64,000 nucleotides of DNA, taken from assembly GCA_964035545.1 (NCBI GenBank), contig OZ037773.1, positions 463,751 through 527,750 on the forward strand, written 5' to 3'. Numbering within the stretch: position 1 is the first letter of the stretch; each line of letters starts with the position of its first letter. The DNA comes from Bugula neritina (Eukaryota > Animalia > Bryozoa). The notes beneath the pieces were generated by a model, which had not been told where the DNA came from, made no database searches, and saw only the letters and a program-made list of their open reading frames with translations. Positions 50,423 to 63,885 of this stretch are shown piece after piece. A program made the translations under genes and the position numbers.

Positions 50423-53400
50423 ATGGCGGAGAGAGGTCTACCAACTCGAAATGAGCTGCTTTTGGTGTGTGACCTTCACCTAGAAATCGACTGCGTATTG
50501 TGTCAGCGTGATGAGGACACAGTCATGTCCCGCAGACTAGAGGATTCCCTGAGGCTATATTCCAACAGAGGTTTGAGACCCGCATCTCAACCACCCGTAT
50601 CGCTGCATATAGCCTCACCTGGCGTCCATAGCAACCGCTGGTCCAGTGTGCTGTCCACTCCAAACAACCTTCCTACCTCCCAGCACAGAGTCAGTGCAAT
50701 GGTGCCGCAATGTGAGTGTTGAGCAGTGAGTCTGTCACCTCCTGATGTTGAAGTCAAGTAGTCATAGGATAGTTTTTGCTGATGTATTCATTGTGTTTAG
50801 GAATCTTTATCAGCTTTTAAGAAGTGCTGCGGAAATGTTGAATAAAATGTCCAAGTATACTGCCTGCTGTCTCTCACCTCTACATGTCTTACTCTCACCT
50901 CTACATGTCTTACTCTCACCTCTACATGTCTTACTCTCACTACACAATGTCTTACTCTCACTACACAATGTGTTGCAGCTGAACAAACTGCCACTTCTCT
51001 CTCAGCAAGTAATTACTCAGCAATCCCTGCCCACAATTCCTCAGGGCTTCCCTCGGCAGCCGTGGCGTCCAGAGATGTCAATACTCAGAACTCAGGCCAT
51101 GACTACAACGGTGCTAGACCAAGGTGAAGGTCACGCTATACACTTACTACTTACTCTATACTACAGTTCACTAGTTACTATATACTACAGTTCACTAGTT
51201 ACTATATACTACAGTTCACTAGTTACTATATACTACAGTTCACTAGTTACTATATACTACAGTTCACTAGTTACTATATACTACAGTTCACTAGTTACTA
51301 TATACTACAGTTCACTAGTTACTATATACTACAGTTCACTAGTTACTATATACTACAGTTCACTAGTTACTATATACTACAGTTCACTAGTTACTATATA
51401 CTACAGTTCACTAGTTACTATATACTACAGTTCACTACTTACTCTATACTACAGTTCACTAGTTACTATATACTATAGTTCACTAGCTACTATATACTAC
51501 AGTTCACTAGTTACTATATACTACAGTTCACTAGTTACTATATACTACAGTTCACTAGTTACTATATACTACAGTTCACTAGTTACTATATACTACAGTT
51601 CACTAGTTACTATATACTACAGTTCACTAGTTACTATATACTACAGTTCACTAGTTACTATATACTACAGTTCACTAGTTACTATATACTACAGTTCACT
51701 AGTTACTATATACTACAGTTCACTAGTTACTATATACTACAGTTCACTAGTTACTATATACTACAGTTCACTAGTTACTATATACTACAGTTCACTAGTT
51801 ACTATATACTACAGTTCACTAGTTACTATATACTACAGTTCACTAGTTACTATATACTACAGTTCACTAGTTACTATATACTACAGTTCACTAGTTACTA
51901 TATGCTACAGTTCACTAGTTACTATATGCTACAGTTCACTAGTTACTATATACTACAGTTCACTAGTTACTATATACTACAGTTCACTAGTTACTATATA
52001 CTACAGTTCACTAGTTACTATATACTACAGTTCACTAGTTACTATATACTACAGTTCACTAGTTACTATATACTACAGTTCACTAGTTACTATATACTAC
52101 AGTTCACTAGTTACTATATACTACAGTTCACTAGTTACTATATACTACAGTTCACTAGTTACTATATACTACAGTTCACTAGTTACTATATACTATAGTT
52201 CACTAGTTACTATATACTACAGTTCATAATAATGGTGAATAGTGATAACATTTGCATTGCATCAACAGAATACCCAGAGTTCAAAGGTCAATAACCTCCC
52301 CTGATAACCTGACATCTATTGGTCAGAGGAGTGAGGCCTTGACCTCTCTGCAGTCACATGACGATTCCGTAGCCTCAGGATCCACTACAAGACGCTCGTC
52401 ACTCATCAAAGGACTCGACTCACTTCTGAAGGCCACCAGAAAAAGACTAAACAGAAAATCTAAGCATGGGCCAGGTATGTCAGTGGTGGATATATTGGGG
52501 GAGAGGTATGTCAGTGGTGGATATATTGGGGGAGAGGTATGCCAGTGGTGGATATATTGGGGGAGAGGTATGCCAGTGGTGGATATATTGGGGGAGAGGT
52601 ATGCCAGTGGTGGATATATTGGGGGAGAGGTATGCCAGTGGTGGATATATTGGGGGAGAGGTATGCCAGTGGTGGATATATTGGGGGAGAGGTATGTCAG
52701 TGGTGGATATATTGGGGGAGAGGTATGCCAGTGGTGGATAGAAGAGTTGTTCTAAAAGCAGCTCCGAGTTGGGGGTGAATGAGTGCAGTAGTTTGAGATT
52801 CTAATCAGGAGGTGTGTCAGTGGCGGATAGATTAGGTGAGGTAATCCATAGAAAGGTTGTATATTCCATACATTTATCACCAGTTCTTCCCATTGCATTG
52901 CTAAATGGCCATTTATTTTACCAATGAGTTTTGATTTCATGTTTCACTAATCACAGCAAATTTTACTTTTCAGATTCAAAGGAAATTAAGGCGGGCTCTT
53001 CTGAGGTCTCTCAAACCGCTTGTGTTCAACCTGTAGGAACTCGTTCTACCCTCACCACGGCTATTGTTGTGCCCCCTATGAATATGGGACCCCCCTCTGG
53101 CGTTATGAAAACAGGTGTGTGTCCACTGTCCACCTCAGTCAATGTATTGTCAGTGTTACTGTTGTGTATCTGTAGTCAGCCATCTTGGATTACTTACATG
53201 ATATAGTACACAGCTGGCTATTGGTTAGTAAGGTGTCACATAGATTAGTTACATGATATAGTAGACAGCTGGCTACTGGTTAGTAAGGTGTCACATAGGT
53301 TAGTTACAGTCAGCATTGTCAACACCTTGACATATATGTGTGTAAATATCAGGCTGATCCAATGATCAAGCAAAATCAACTGAAGACTTCAAAAAGCAAA

Positions 53401-56249
53401 AGCTGCAATAGATTTCCATTCTACGTGTTGTTTATTGCACAGTTTACTGCCCATAGTGTAGAAGCTCTAAGTGTGTAGAGTTTTTAGCACATCCTGTGCT
53501 ACACCGTGTTATGGTGGCATTATCTCAGTGTGCTAGAAGTACACTATATGTTTATGTCTCAAAACAGTTCACTGTCATTTCCTGATATCTCTCTCCTCAG
53601 CTATAAATAGAAGCGTTATCCTGGTACTGTGGTAACATGCGCTCATCTAGATGGATGTGTTGTTAATCCATAACTCAGCATCTGCTCGTCTGTTTGCTTC
53701 TGGCGGAGAACTGAGAGTAAAACCTGTTCGAGCATGTCCAGCCACTCTCATTGGTCAATGCAACACGTGCTAGCTAATTCAGTAGTCATTGTATTGTAAT
53801 ATGAGCATGCAACAGGCAAACCTTAGTCATCGTATAACGTTACTCTACAGTCTACACCTTGTTTGTGTGCAGCTGATGTGAAACTGTAACCCATCACTGG
53901 CTTTGGCATAATTTATTTATTGCACAAAGCATCACATCTCCCTAAACTAGTTTCTACTGTGAAATGGAGGGAGATAAGTTGATAGACTGTGGTCCACAGA
54001 TTCTCACCCAGTGTTCCTTGTTGTAGAGTGGGCCGAGCTGCCACACATAAGAGCACATACTACGGTAGACTATCTCCACTATTTAGTGCCGCAGCTCGTT
54101 AAGGTCACCAACTGCGGGTTCTACTGGGGCATTATGGACAGGTATGAGGCCGAGTCTCTCCTTGAAAACAAGCCAGAGGGGACGTTCCTGCTGCGGGACA
54201 GCTCACAGGTTAGAAACTCATGCTATCTTAGTTCTGTAGCTTCTCAAACAATAGCAGTGGAGCATGAGTGGTGGTGGTAGCAGCAGTAGTAGTAGTAGTA
54301 GCAGTAGTGGTAGCAGCAGTAGTAGTGGCGGTAGTAGTAGTATTGGTAGTAGTAATAGTGGCACAAGCAGAAATCTTTGTTATTTATGATCAGTGGCAAA
54401 AAACCTAAAATTTATATCATCAAAGGTAAAGGGAAGTAATACTTGTATTTAAAAATATCATTAAACTGACCTGGAACAAATTTCGCAACATTTTTATGTG
54501 CGGTTTGTGTTTTAAATATCAAGTGCCTTCATGTTAGAAAGAAAGTTGTTTGGCATTTTGTAATCAATGAGTTTGAGATCATGTTATATACAGTATACAC
54601 TACACTATATACAGTATACACTACACTATATACAGTATACACTACACTATATACAGTATACACTACACTATATACAGTATACACTACACTATATACAGTA
54701 TACACTACACTATATACAGTATACACTACACTATATACATATATATACGTACAATGTTTCCTCATACCAGGTATTATTAGCTTACTCTAACGACTCTGAT
54801 GACTCATGACTTCCCTGTAGAATTGCCACAACATGATATCAACACTCTGGTAGAGCAGGTGATACCTGCAGTAAGACAATGTGGTGAGCTCTCTTATTCC
54901 TTTATCTCTTTCAGGACGACTTCATCTTCTCAGTCAGCTTCAGACGGTACGGCAGGTCTCTGCACGCCAGAGTGGAGCAGTGGAACCACATGTTCTCCTT
55001 TGATGCTCACGACAGCGGAGTGTTCAAGGCCAAGTCCATCACTGCTTTACTAGGTAGTGACTGTAGATGTAGTGACTGTAGATGTAGTGGCTGTAGATGT
55101 AGTGGCTGTAGATGTAGTACCAATACTCTGCGGTGCTTAACAGGGGAGATAACTCCTCTACATATGTAGAAATATACCTCACTGATCCACACCACAATTT
55201 GCTTCAACTTATGGGGCAATCAGACTTGTAATACCAGATATTATAATACTGCACCCTGTAAAACTAGTGTAGAGGTGCTCAAATATTTTTTTGAGTTTCT
55301 GTTTACTTTCAATATACTTCCTGTAAGTGTATTGAATCTTCACTTAAAATAGCTCTTTCTGTGGGTGTACATTCATCAAATAGACAAAACAATAAACCAC
55401 ATGTCCAGGTGAATACAGATGAAGTGTGTTAAGTTTAAAAATTTTACACATTTTATACTATACACTGGACACTTTCTATGCCTCTTGTAACATCTTAAAC
55501 AATTAAGTGCCTCCCTGCAATATACTACTCATAATACTAGCATCACAAAGACGTTAAATAGACTAATATACTTCAGCTCAAATGTAGGGACAACTCCCAC
55601 TAATAAGTTTGCCTATCGTATGCATTGTACTTACAGAGCACTACAAAGATCCCCAGACGTGCATGTTCTTTGAGCCAATGTTGACAAGACCTCTCAACAG
55701 GCCCAACCCCTTCAGCTTGCTGCATCTTGCAAGGTATTAGAGCTCATTGCTGAGATTAGCTTCAGTTCCTTATGCGTTTCATCAATGTTAGTTTATAATG
55801 TTGTGGTTTCACCTCATAATCATAGTTTACATGAATACACTTTGTCAACTTCTATAGATGTAAATATAATGGTTGGAAGTTTTCTACCATTTCTTCAGTA
55901 GACAGTTAGAGACTTAAAGATAACCCATGTAGTGTTGGGAAAAGCACATCAACATGACAGGATATTATTTAACCTCGTATTTTAGTCACCTTTGCTCTTG
56001 TGTTTTAGAATGTATCTATGTTAGGCGTTTATGATATATAAAGTCACAGAGAGTGTTCCATGGATATTTAGTTTACATAAAAAAATTTGTATTTGCAGAG
56101 CGGTAGTATGCGATAGTATTGACTATGACTCCATAGACAATCTCGCCATTCCCAGAAACCTACAAGAATATCTCCGCTACTATCACTATAAGCAGAAAGT
56201 TAGGGTTCGCAGGCATTCCAACATCACCCAAGCACGGGTGCAGCACTGA
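50423..56249 (+). CDS. SOCS5: Suppressor of cytokine signalling, SOCS4/SOCS5 (Socs36E) type; SH2 domain plus SOCS box; 8 coding exons
   Basis: Exons 50423-50711, 50979-51123, 52269-52474, 52974-53114, 54027-54208, 54915-55053, 55637-55733 and 56099-56249 are phase-consistent. Motifs [10 protein letters not shown]...[77 protein letters not shown]-terminal exons and the start codon are less certain; the symbol denotes the SOCS4/5 group. Confidence 0.92.
51150..52226. repeat. Very homogeneous 24-bp minisatellite CTAGTTACTATATACTACAGTTCA, about 45 copies
   Basis: Fills almost the whole SOCS intron 51124-52268. Confidence 0.97.
52473..52741. repeat. 31-bp minisatellite that repeats the splice donor AG|GTATG
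   Basis: Unit GTATG(T/C)CAGTGGTGGATATATTGGGGGAGAG, about 8.5 copies starting at intron position +1. Confidence 0.95.
54586..54737. repeat. 21-bp tandem repeat TATACAGTATACACTACACTA
   Basis: About 7 copies, intronic. Confidence 0.92.
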
Positions 56250-56907
56250 ACCCACCTTCAGAGTCGTGTTAGTTCTTACTGAGGACTATGGCTTCTAACT
56301 AGCTCTTGCGGTGTATTGTGTACTGCTGCGCTTGGTACACTGTATTTGTAACTATATTTATATACTGCACAGATTATACAGAGGTTATTGTATTTTTATA
56401 TTAACAAAAACTGGTTGTAAATGTTCAGTTGTTTCATCACTTCTTGCAGTAGTAGTTCATATTTTTACCAGGAAGGAAATATCTGTTTCACTTCACCTTT
56501 TACTGTGTTACTCATTACTAGGGTATATCCCAGCTGGTTCTAGTCCAAGTGTGGCCGCTACTGTTAGTGTAAAACATATTGTTGTATTTATAAATACTGT
56601 CAAGGTTTATTACAACATAAAGTCTATGTTGTTTTATTTTATGCTTTTATTGCAAAAATTATTCATATTTCTATGTATGCAACAAATTATATAAATTCTA
56701 TATATTTTTATGTTATATCGGTGGCCATAATAAAACAAATAAACTTGTTAATAAAGGATCATTTTTGCCAGCTGATCAATTTATTATAACAAACACTGAA
56801 TATTAAGAAAATATGTGTGGAGTCCCAACTGCTTACAATTTGAAAACAATTTAGCAGTGAAAAGCTACAGCAATGCTCTCGGAATATCTTTGATATCTCA
56901 TTCATAT

Positions 56908-57690
56908 GGGGCTGCCACACTACAGTCAAAACGGCCATCTTGAACGCGTTTTCGAGGCTAAGCGTTGACCTCTGTGACGTCACAACTGAACGCAACTGTC
57001 AGTTTTTCGCGATGCGATGAAAGTTCAACATGTTCAACTGTCATCGCTGAAGTTGAGCGATCAGCCAATCACTGACTGGCCAGGTAAACCCTGATTGGTT
57101 AAGTGCTTTTACTTTTTCCGCGTGCTACTAGCGAGCATTATTATTTGATTTGGTTCTTCGAAAATTATATTAATTTACTTTTAAAATAATTATGATGAAG
57201 TTATGTATGAAAGTTTCAATAAATCATGAAAATAAGTATTCATTAGATAAATTTTGCTAAATTTTATCTGCATATTTAGTTTTTCTAATTTGGTTGAATT
57301 TTATTAGCGTACTATAACTATTTAGTTCTTTAGGCTAGTGAATGAGCTTGAATAAAGCTAAGTAATATCATTAAATAAAGCTAGTAATTTTGAATAATTG
57401 AAGCTAGTAAATTAGAATAAAAATAACTAGAAAATCTTATTAAATTATGCTAGTAAATCTAAAAAAATTGCGCTAAGATTAATTGTTGGTTACTGTGGAT
57501 ACTGCAGAAACTGGTTTATGGCATTCCTATTGGTTTAAAAGTTTACTGCGAGACTAGAGACAGTTAGCTTTCATCGTTCGTAGTGAACTGTAGTGTGACC
57601 AGCAAAAAGTAGGACGTGACGTTGAAGGCATGCGCAAGCAGCTCCAAAATGGCCGCCACAGTCGCGTTTCGACTGTAGTGTGTTATGGGC
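56908..57690. mobile_element. Harbinger-like MITE between the convergent SOCS and TMED 3' ends
   Basis: Inverted repeat CACACTACAGTCAAAACG (56916) and CGTTTCGACTGTAGTGTG (~57665-57682); GC-richer subtermini, AT-rich core; no clean TSD, so ends are approximate. Confidence 0.6.
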
Positions 57691-58231
57691 ATGACACTGT
57701 TTATGGAATGATTACTAAGCAATGCAGCAGAGTTATGATTAAAAAGAATCTTTATTGCTAAAGAAGGTATATATCCTGGCCATCATAATTATAGCAATTT
57801 TGTTCAAATTAGGTGGACATACAATGGATTGTAGTAGCAGCAACCAAATAAATACAGATATAACAGAGGAAGCTAGCTCAACTAGCCACACAATTCAGTG
57901 GACATAACAATTAGCTGGTGTGTTTCATAAGAGTTGTCTGTCCTTACTATAAATACTTTATGTTCCATGCAGCTGGTAAAACATTCCACAGGAAAACCGA
58001 AAAACACACTTCGCTAAATGTTAATTAAGTTCCAATAAGAAACTCGGTGATTGAAAAGAATATACTAAAACTTGGGTCAAGTCCTGCTGGCTTAACACAG
58101 GATCACTATACAGTCAATTTACAGTTTGGGAAGAAAAATATAGTTGAAAGTATAAACATTTTACAGCATACAATCAGCATACAATCTGAGCAAAATTTGA
58201 TCTATTTGTAAACAGAGTGTTGCCCACATTG

Positions 58232-60892
58232 TTAGGTCGAGGTGGTGGTTCGATTCTTTTTATCTGAGAAGAAGCCTCTGACCACCATTACTTGTCCAAT
58301 CATAATCACAAGAATGCATACAAACTCTCCTATACTCCACACCATCACTCTACAAGAAGTAGTACAGTAGTAATCCACCAGTGAGTAAACATGATGAAGA
58401 GCGAGTAATTGAGTAGAGAGTAAGTGAGTAAGTGAGTGAGTGAGTGAGTGAGCGAGTGAGTAGTGAGTAGTTAGTAAGTTAGTAGTAAGTAAATATCCCA
58501 ACCTAGAATTAATATCCTCTGCAAAGGCTCTGCCGCTCATTTCTCGTAGCCTAAAGTGCTTCTGGTAATCAGATATAGTGTTTAGGGACTCGTGTATACT
58601 CCCCGTAGACATCTCAATCTAAACAAACCAATATGAATGCAGCAAAACCAACAAACCAATTAATGCTCATTTGATAACTTTGCACAAAAACTAGAAAAAA
58701 AGAGAAAGCAACTCCAAATTCCAGCTATAATATATATTTCTGTTTGCTAAAGTTGAGTAATTTCCACTGTAATAATACAGCCACACACAAATTGCTCTCC
58801 CACAAAACACTACAATAAGACATAAAAACAAACTGCTGTCATGGCCACTCCAGTGCCTGCTGATGCCTTATCAGAGTAGAGTCCTGGCTCATCTCCAGCC
58901 AGGAAGTCAAAGTAAACCATTTTACTGGTGAAGGTGGAGAATTTATTGCTGAAGCACCTGTAAAAAAATTACAAAGTTAACAGCACAGTATTATGGGCTA
59001 CTGTGACATCAGTTGGGAAGTTGGTAATGAGAGAGTGTGTCACAAGATATAGAGCAGGCGTGACAGGGGCGCATGTGACAGCTCGCCATGTTGAGAGTTA
59101 ATTTAATTGTTGACATTGTGAGTTGTGCTGGTAAGACACCCCAAGATACCAAACACTCACCAAGTGTAGACAGTCACCAAGTGTAGACACTCATCAACTG
59201 TAGACACTCACCAAGTGTAGACACTCACCAACTGTAGACACTCACCAAGTGTAGACACTCATCAACTGTAGACACTCACCAAGTGTAGACACTCATCAAC
59301 TGTAGACACTCACCAAGTGTAGACACTCATCAACTGTAAACACTCACCAAGTGTAGACACTTACCAACTATAGACACTCACCAAGTGTAGACACTTACCA
59401 ACTGTAGACACTTACCAACTGTAGACACTCACCAAATGAAGACACTCACCAACTGTAGACACTCACCAAGTGTAGACACTCATCAACTGTAGACACTCAC
59501 CAAGTGTAGACACTCATCAACTGTAGACACTCACCAAGTGTAGACACTTACCAACTATAGACACTCACCAAGTGTAGACACTTACCAAGTGTAGACACTT
59601 ACCAACTGTAGACACTCACCAAATGAAGACACTCACCAACTGTAGACACTCACCGAGTGTAGACACTCACCAACTGTAGACACCAGCCTCCGTAGTGGTC
59701 CAGCTGTGAGAGTCGTACTGCTTCTGATTTTCCTGGTAAATTATCTGCCCACCAGGAGCTTTCAGATAAACATCTACGTCTAGATTACCTCCTTCCACCA
59801 CCTGCAACCAGACATTTCAGAACATTCTTAGCTCTCAGCAATTCCACTGTCTGATAGCTACGAGATGTTACAAACGGAGGTGTCATTTTAATGTCATATT
59901 TTACTAAAATATTGGAATAAATATTTAGCTTTAAATTGGGAATGAGATTATATAAATGTGCAATGACAGATAAATTGCTGTTATAAATGTAATAAGTTTA
60001 AGTTAGTTAGCTGATACTGATAATCGCCTCTGTGCCCCTAATAAACAATCACTTACAATAAACTAATACATTAGTATTGTAAAAACTCCTAAAAAAGTTA
60101 ATACTTACCATTAGAGCAATTTTTCAGAATCACTACTGAACAATCAACCAGATAATCAAACTTATCACTCACTTTATGTGTCTATTTTATTTATAGTATA
60201 TTATTATTTAATATGAATATCCTTAAATAATAATATTATTAATATCAATATAATATTCAATAAATATTTAATTTGGTAATAATAATAATTAAATTTAATA
60301 TAATACTAGTTATAACTTAATTTTATACTGACTACTGATCATCTATTTCTAATTAGTAATTACATATCAATTAGAATTTAATGTTAATATTCATATTATT
60401 ATCGATAATTAGCTTGATATCAACATTTAGTTTTACTTATAGACTAGCCTATAGTTATACTTATACTTATAGTTATTGATACTCATATTAGTATTGGTAT
60501 TGACTACAGCTACAGTGATAATGATATTCAGATCAGTATCTTCAAGTTTATGCTGAAGCTCTTTGCTCTGAGCTTAAGCTAAAAAATATTAATAATAATT
60601 AATATTATAATTAAATTTAATGATAATTAAAGTAAATTTATAAACCTACTCATAATAGCATAACAATATAAATATGATAGAAAGCAACACCAACTGATAG
60701 TAATTCAGACTGACGTTGACTTTTCGCTACCTGATATTCAAGAATAGTTTCCTCCCCTATTTTCACATCTTCGTAAAAACACATCTCATCATTTGCATCC
60801 AACATGAAAGTAAGTTCTGATCCACTTATGACAGGTAATAATACTAACAAAGTTGATAAAACCAGTAACTGTAAGCCAGAATTTAAACTCAT
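58232..60892 (-). CDS. TMED7: p24 / transmembrane emp24 domain protein, gamma subfamily (TMED7/TMED3-like); 5 exons
   Basis: Exons 60892-60731 (signal peptide, ELTFMLDANDEMCFYE), 59801-59671 (VVEGGNLDVDV...GVYS), 58957-58834 (CFSNKFSTFTSKMVYFDF), 58618-58503 (DYQKHFRLRE..GRAFAEDIN), 58349-58232 (TM helix, FF motif); phase-consistent. Confidence 0.9.
59153..59683. repeat. 17-bp minisatellite amplifying the TMED exon 2 / intron 2 junction
   Basis: Unit CACTCACCAAGTGTAGA (minus strand contains TTG|GTGAGT), about 31 copies; the first copy overlaps the exon end. Confidence 0.95.
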
Positions 60893-62396
60893 GGTGATGG
60901 TCAGTTGAAATAGTTAAAAAGGTTAATTTAAAAATCAAGAGCAAAAGTTCTATTTTAAAAAAAAGTAAAACTACAGAACAGGATTTGAAGTGGAGAATAG
61001 CCAAGTTATCTGTCAAATCAGCTTCTATGTAGTCCAAGTGCAATAGCAAGTTTTAACCGATTATCGGGGAGATGTAGCATATCTGTTTAATTTGCACCAG
61101 TAGCTTTATTTTTAAGTTTGTTTGCTGTTATAAATAGGCTCGCTAAGATAGCCTACAATGACGTGGCATAAAATATTTAAAGAAAAAAATCAAATTTTAA
61201 TAAGTGAATTTTTAAAATTGAATAGTAAATGAAATTTTTCTGCAATTGCATAATATTATAATTTGTTCAATTTTGAATAAAACATAGTTGGTTAATGTAG
61301 AAAACAATTTGTATAGGTGATTGATGAAAAAGAGCCAAGATGAGACAAGTCTTGAAAAGCTCATTATTTTCTATAAGTGTGCAGGGTCACTATTTGGCTT
61401 CTACTTACCAGAGGTTATTTTAATGATTCCCAAAGACCGATAGATTGCTACACATAATATAAGCAGTAATCAAAGTTAAGAGAAGGTAGTGTTGAGCATT
61501 ATTTATGTAAATAAAGAGCAGAATTCATTATTATAATATTTCAGTTATCTTTATTTTTAAGAAGACCTATAATGTTTCAGTTTTAAAGTTGTCAGGCAGT
61601 ACAATTAACGGGTTCTTTTCTTTGACAATTGATTGTTCAGAAGATCTCCTCCCTGCCCCTGAGCATGTCCTACTACTGCTTAGTGATGGTGAGTCTATTA
61701 TTATATTTATTACATATTGGTAAACTTAACTAGGGTGCATGTACACATACATACTCATGAGTTACAATAAAACAGCACCTATACTGTACACCTAAGTTCA
61801 GATATGATTTGTCCAACATGTTTAATATTCAATTCACAAGGATTTCTGCAGGTTCATAATCTTATGTTTATTGTTGATAAAAAGCAAGTGAACATCAATA
61901 GTACAAAAATAACGGGTCTTTGAATACAGTGCATATATAAATGGCACAAAAGAGACCAAAAGCCAAAATAGCTGAACGCATGCTGTGACAAATTTAATTA
62001 TTTCCTAAAAGAACAAATCATCATTTGAAAATATGAATCAATGTTTATGAATACCGACTATGTACATCTTATCCGAAAGCCTAGAATGATATAAAAATAA
62101 CTGTGAAATACACATGCAAACAATAATCTGAGGCACAAGATATGTGCAAGTGAGAGTTACCCCCCCCTCCCTTAAGAGTGCCAATGGCGTACAGGTGAGT
62201 CATAAGTGACAACTATGAGCAGCTGTTTTGTAGTAAATATTCCTACACTGCACAATCAATATAGTGCAACATGCAAGCGTGAACACAACTCCTAAACCAA
62301 GTTCAGTCACCCGGAAAGACTCGTAATAAAGGCAACGTTTCGCACATTACTCCTGCATCTTCGAACATATCTAACTCAAAGTTGGTTGCACGAAGG

Positions 62397-63885
62397 TCAA
62401 GGGCTGATACTTTTGTCAGACACACTCTCGCATGTCTGGGTGGTGCTAATTCTGTCGTATCTGTATTTGGGTGCCACCGGAGTAGATAGGATCTGAGATA
62501 TCTCCGCTGGCATGAATGCCCATGGGACAGTCTTACTGCTAGAGAGACGACATCGCTTCCCACTTGGACAGAACACTTCATTTTTCACACCTTCAAGAAC
62601 AAAGAGCATGTTTCATTATCGTATGGAGCTGAAAACTGTAAAGGTGGGCAACATATGAATGGAATTCATAAGATATCTCACTCCCATCATTAGTATTATT
62701 TGAAAACTTCAACACACTGAATGTACATAAGCTTTAAATTTCTATCAACATCTTCAAAGATTACGCATGGTTTTATTACAGTCTATAAAGAGAAGACAAT
62801 GGCACCAGAAAATCTACATTCACTGTAAATCTAAATCGGCTTAAAAATAATCCAATAATCCAGCCATCAAGTCTATTAAATTGCGACCAAATGAATTTCT
62901 GTTGAATTTCCTGAAATGATATTTAACTTTAAGAGGAAAGATTTAATCATTCACCTCTACAGTTGCTAAAAGTATACTTCTATCATATTAACATATATAA
63001 TTATTATAAATTTATGTATTATTATAAATATATTATCATATTCAAATATATATTATAAAATTTAAACCTCAAATATAACTGAAAAAAATATTGTAGAAAA
63101 ATATACGTTCTGTGTTTCTTTTTTTTAACTACTAGAGATAAGACAGCAGACCTAGAAAGAGAAACTAGCAAAGTGAAACTACACAGATTCATTTCCTGTA
63201 ACTACTTTCACTTCATAGAGATGTTCACCTTGCTGTTTGATGCTGTCCTTTGAGCAGGGAAAGCAGAACTTGTGTTCCTGTACAGCCGGACACTGTACGA
63301 AATGAGTGTCTTCTAACTGAGAGCAACATAAGAAGCACTTCATCACGTCGTAGTTTGGCGGGGTGGTGCTCGACTGTCTCTGAATATTGTGAGGTGATCG
63401 CTAAAAGGTTCAAGTAAAACTGAGGCTATCAACGACGAAAATAAACTTGTAAAATTCTAACAACCCAAAGAGCAATAAAACCCTAATTTTTCCCAAGTTT
63501 GTTAATTAGTTTTTCCGAAGAAGTCATTTCAAATTCTATTTGCACACAAGCTTTAAATTTTCAGTTGAAGAGAAAAAGAGAAAATAGTAACAGAAATGCC
63601 ATCTTAAAAAAATTGAAGGAAATCAACCAACATTGATAATAGTTTAAAAAACACAACACTTAGTAAACCGAAATAGTCGTGTAGCTGTGGTAGTAGCACT
63701 AGTACTACTAATAGTAGCACTAGTAATACCAGCAGAACTACTACTAGTATTAGCACTACTACTATTAGTAGCGCTACTACTAGTAGTAGTGCTACTAATA
63801 CTAGTAGTAGAAGAGTAACTCACTTGAGGGGAAGAGCCAGTAATATTGGTTGGAGTGGGAGGTGCCAGTGAACTTGTGGAATTCA
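62397..63885 (-). CDS. IRF2BP: IRF2-binding protein family gene, last three exons (C-terminal RING); 5' part outside the window
   Basis: Exons 63885-63824, 63400-63229 ([38 protein letters not shown]) and 62590-62397 ([10 protein letters not shown]...[14 protein letters not shown]) match the diagnostic IRF2BP1/2/L C-terminal motif. Confidence 0.92.

Noticed and set aside
50745-52229. 494-aa ORF with (YYSSLVTI)n
   Set aside because: Translation of a stop-free 24-bp intronic minisatellite; the real SOCS exon here (50979-51123) uses another frame
2010-59683. Tandem arrays as possible CRISPR arrays
   Set aside because: Units are head-to-tail with no unique spacers, there are no cas genes, and the context is eukaryotic introns
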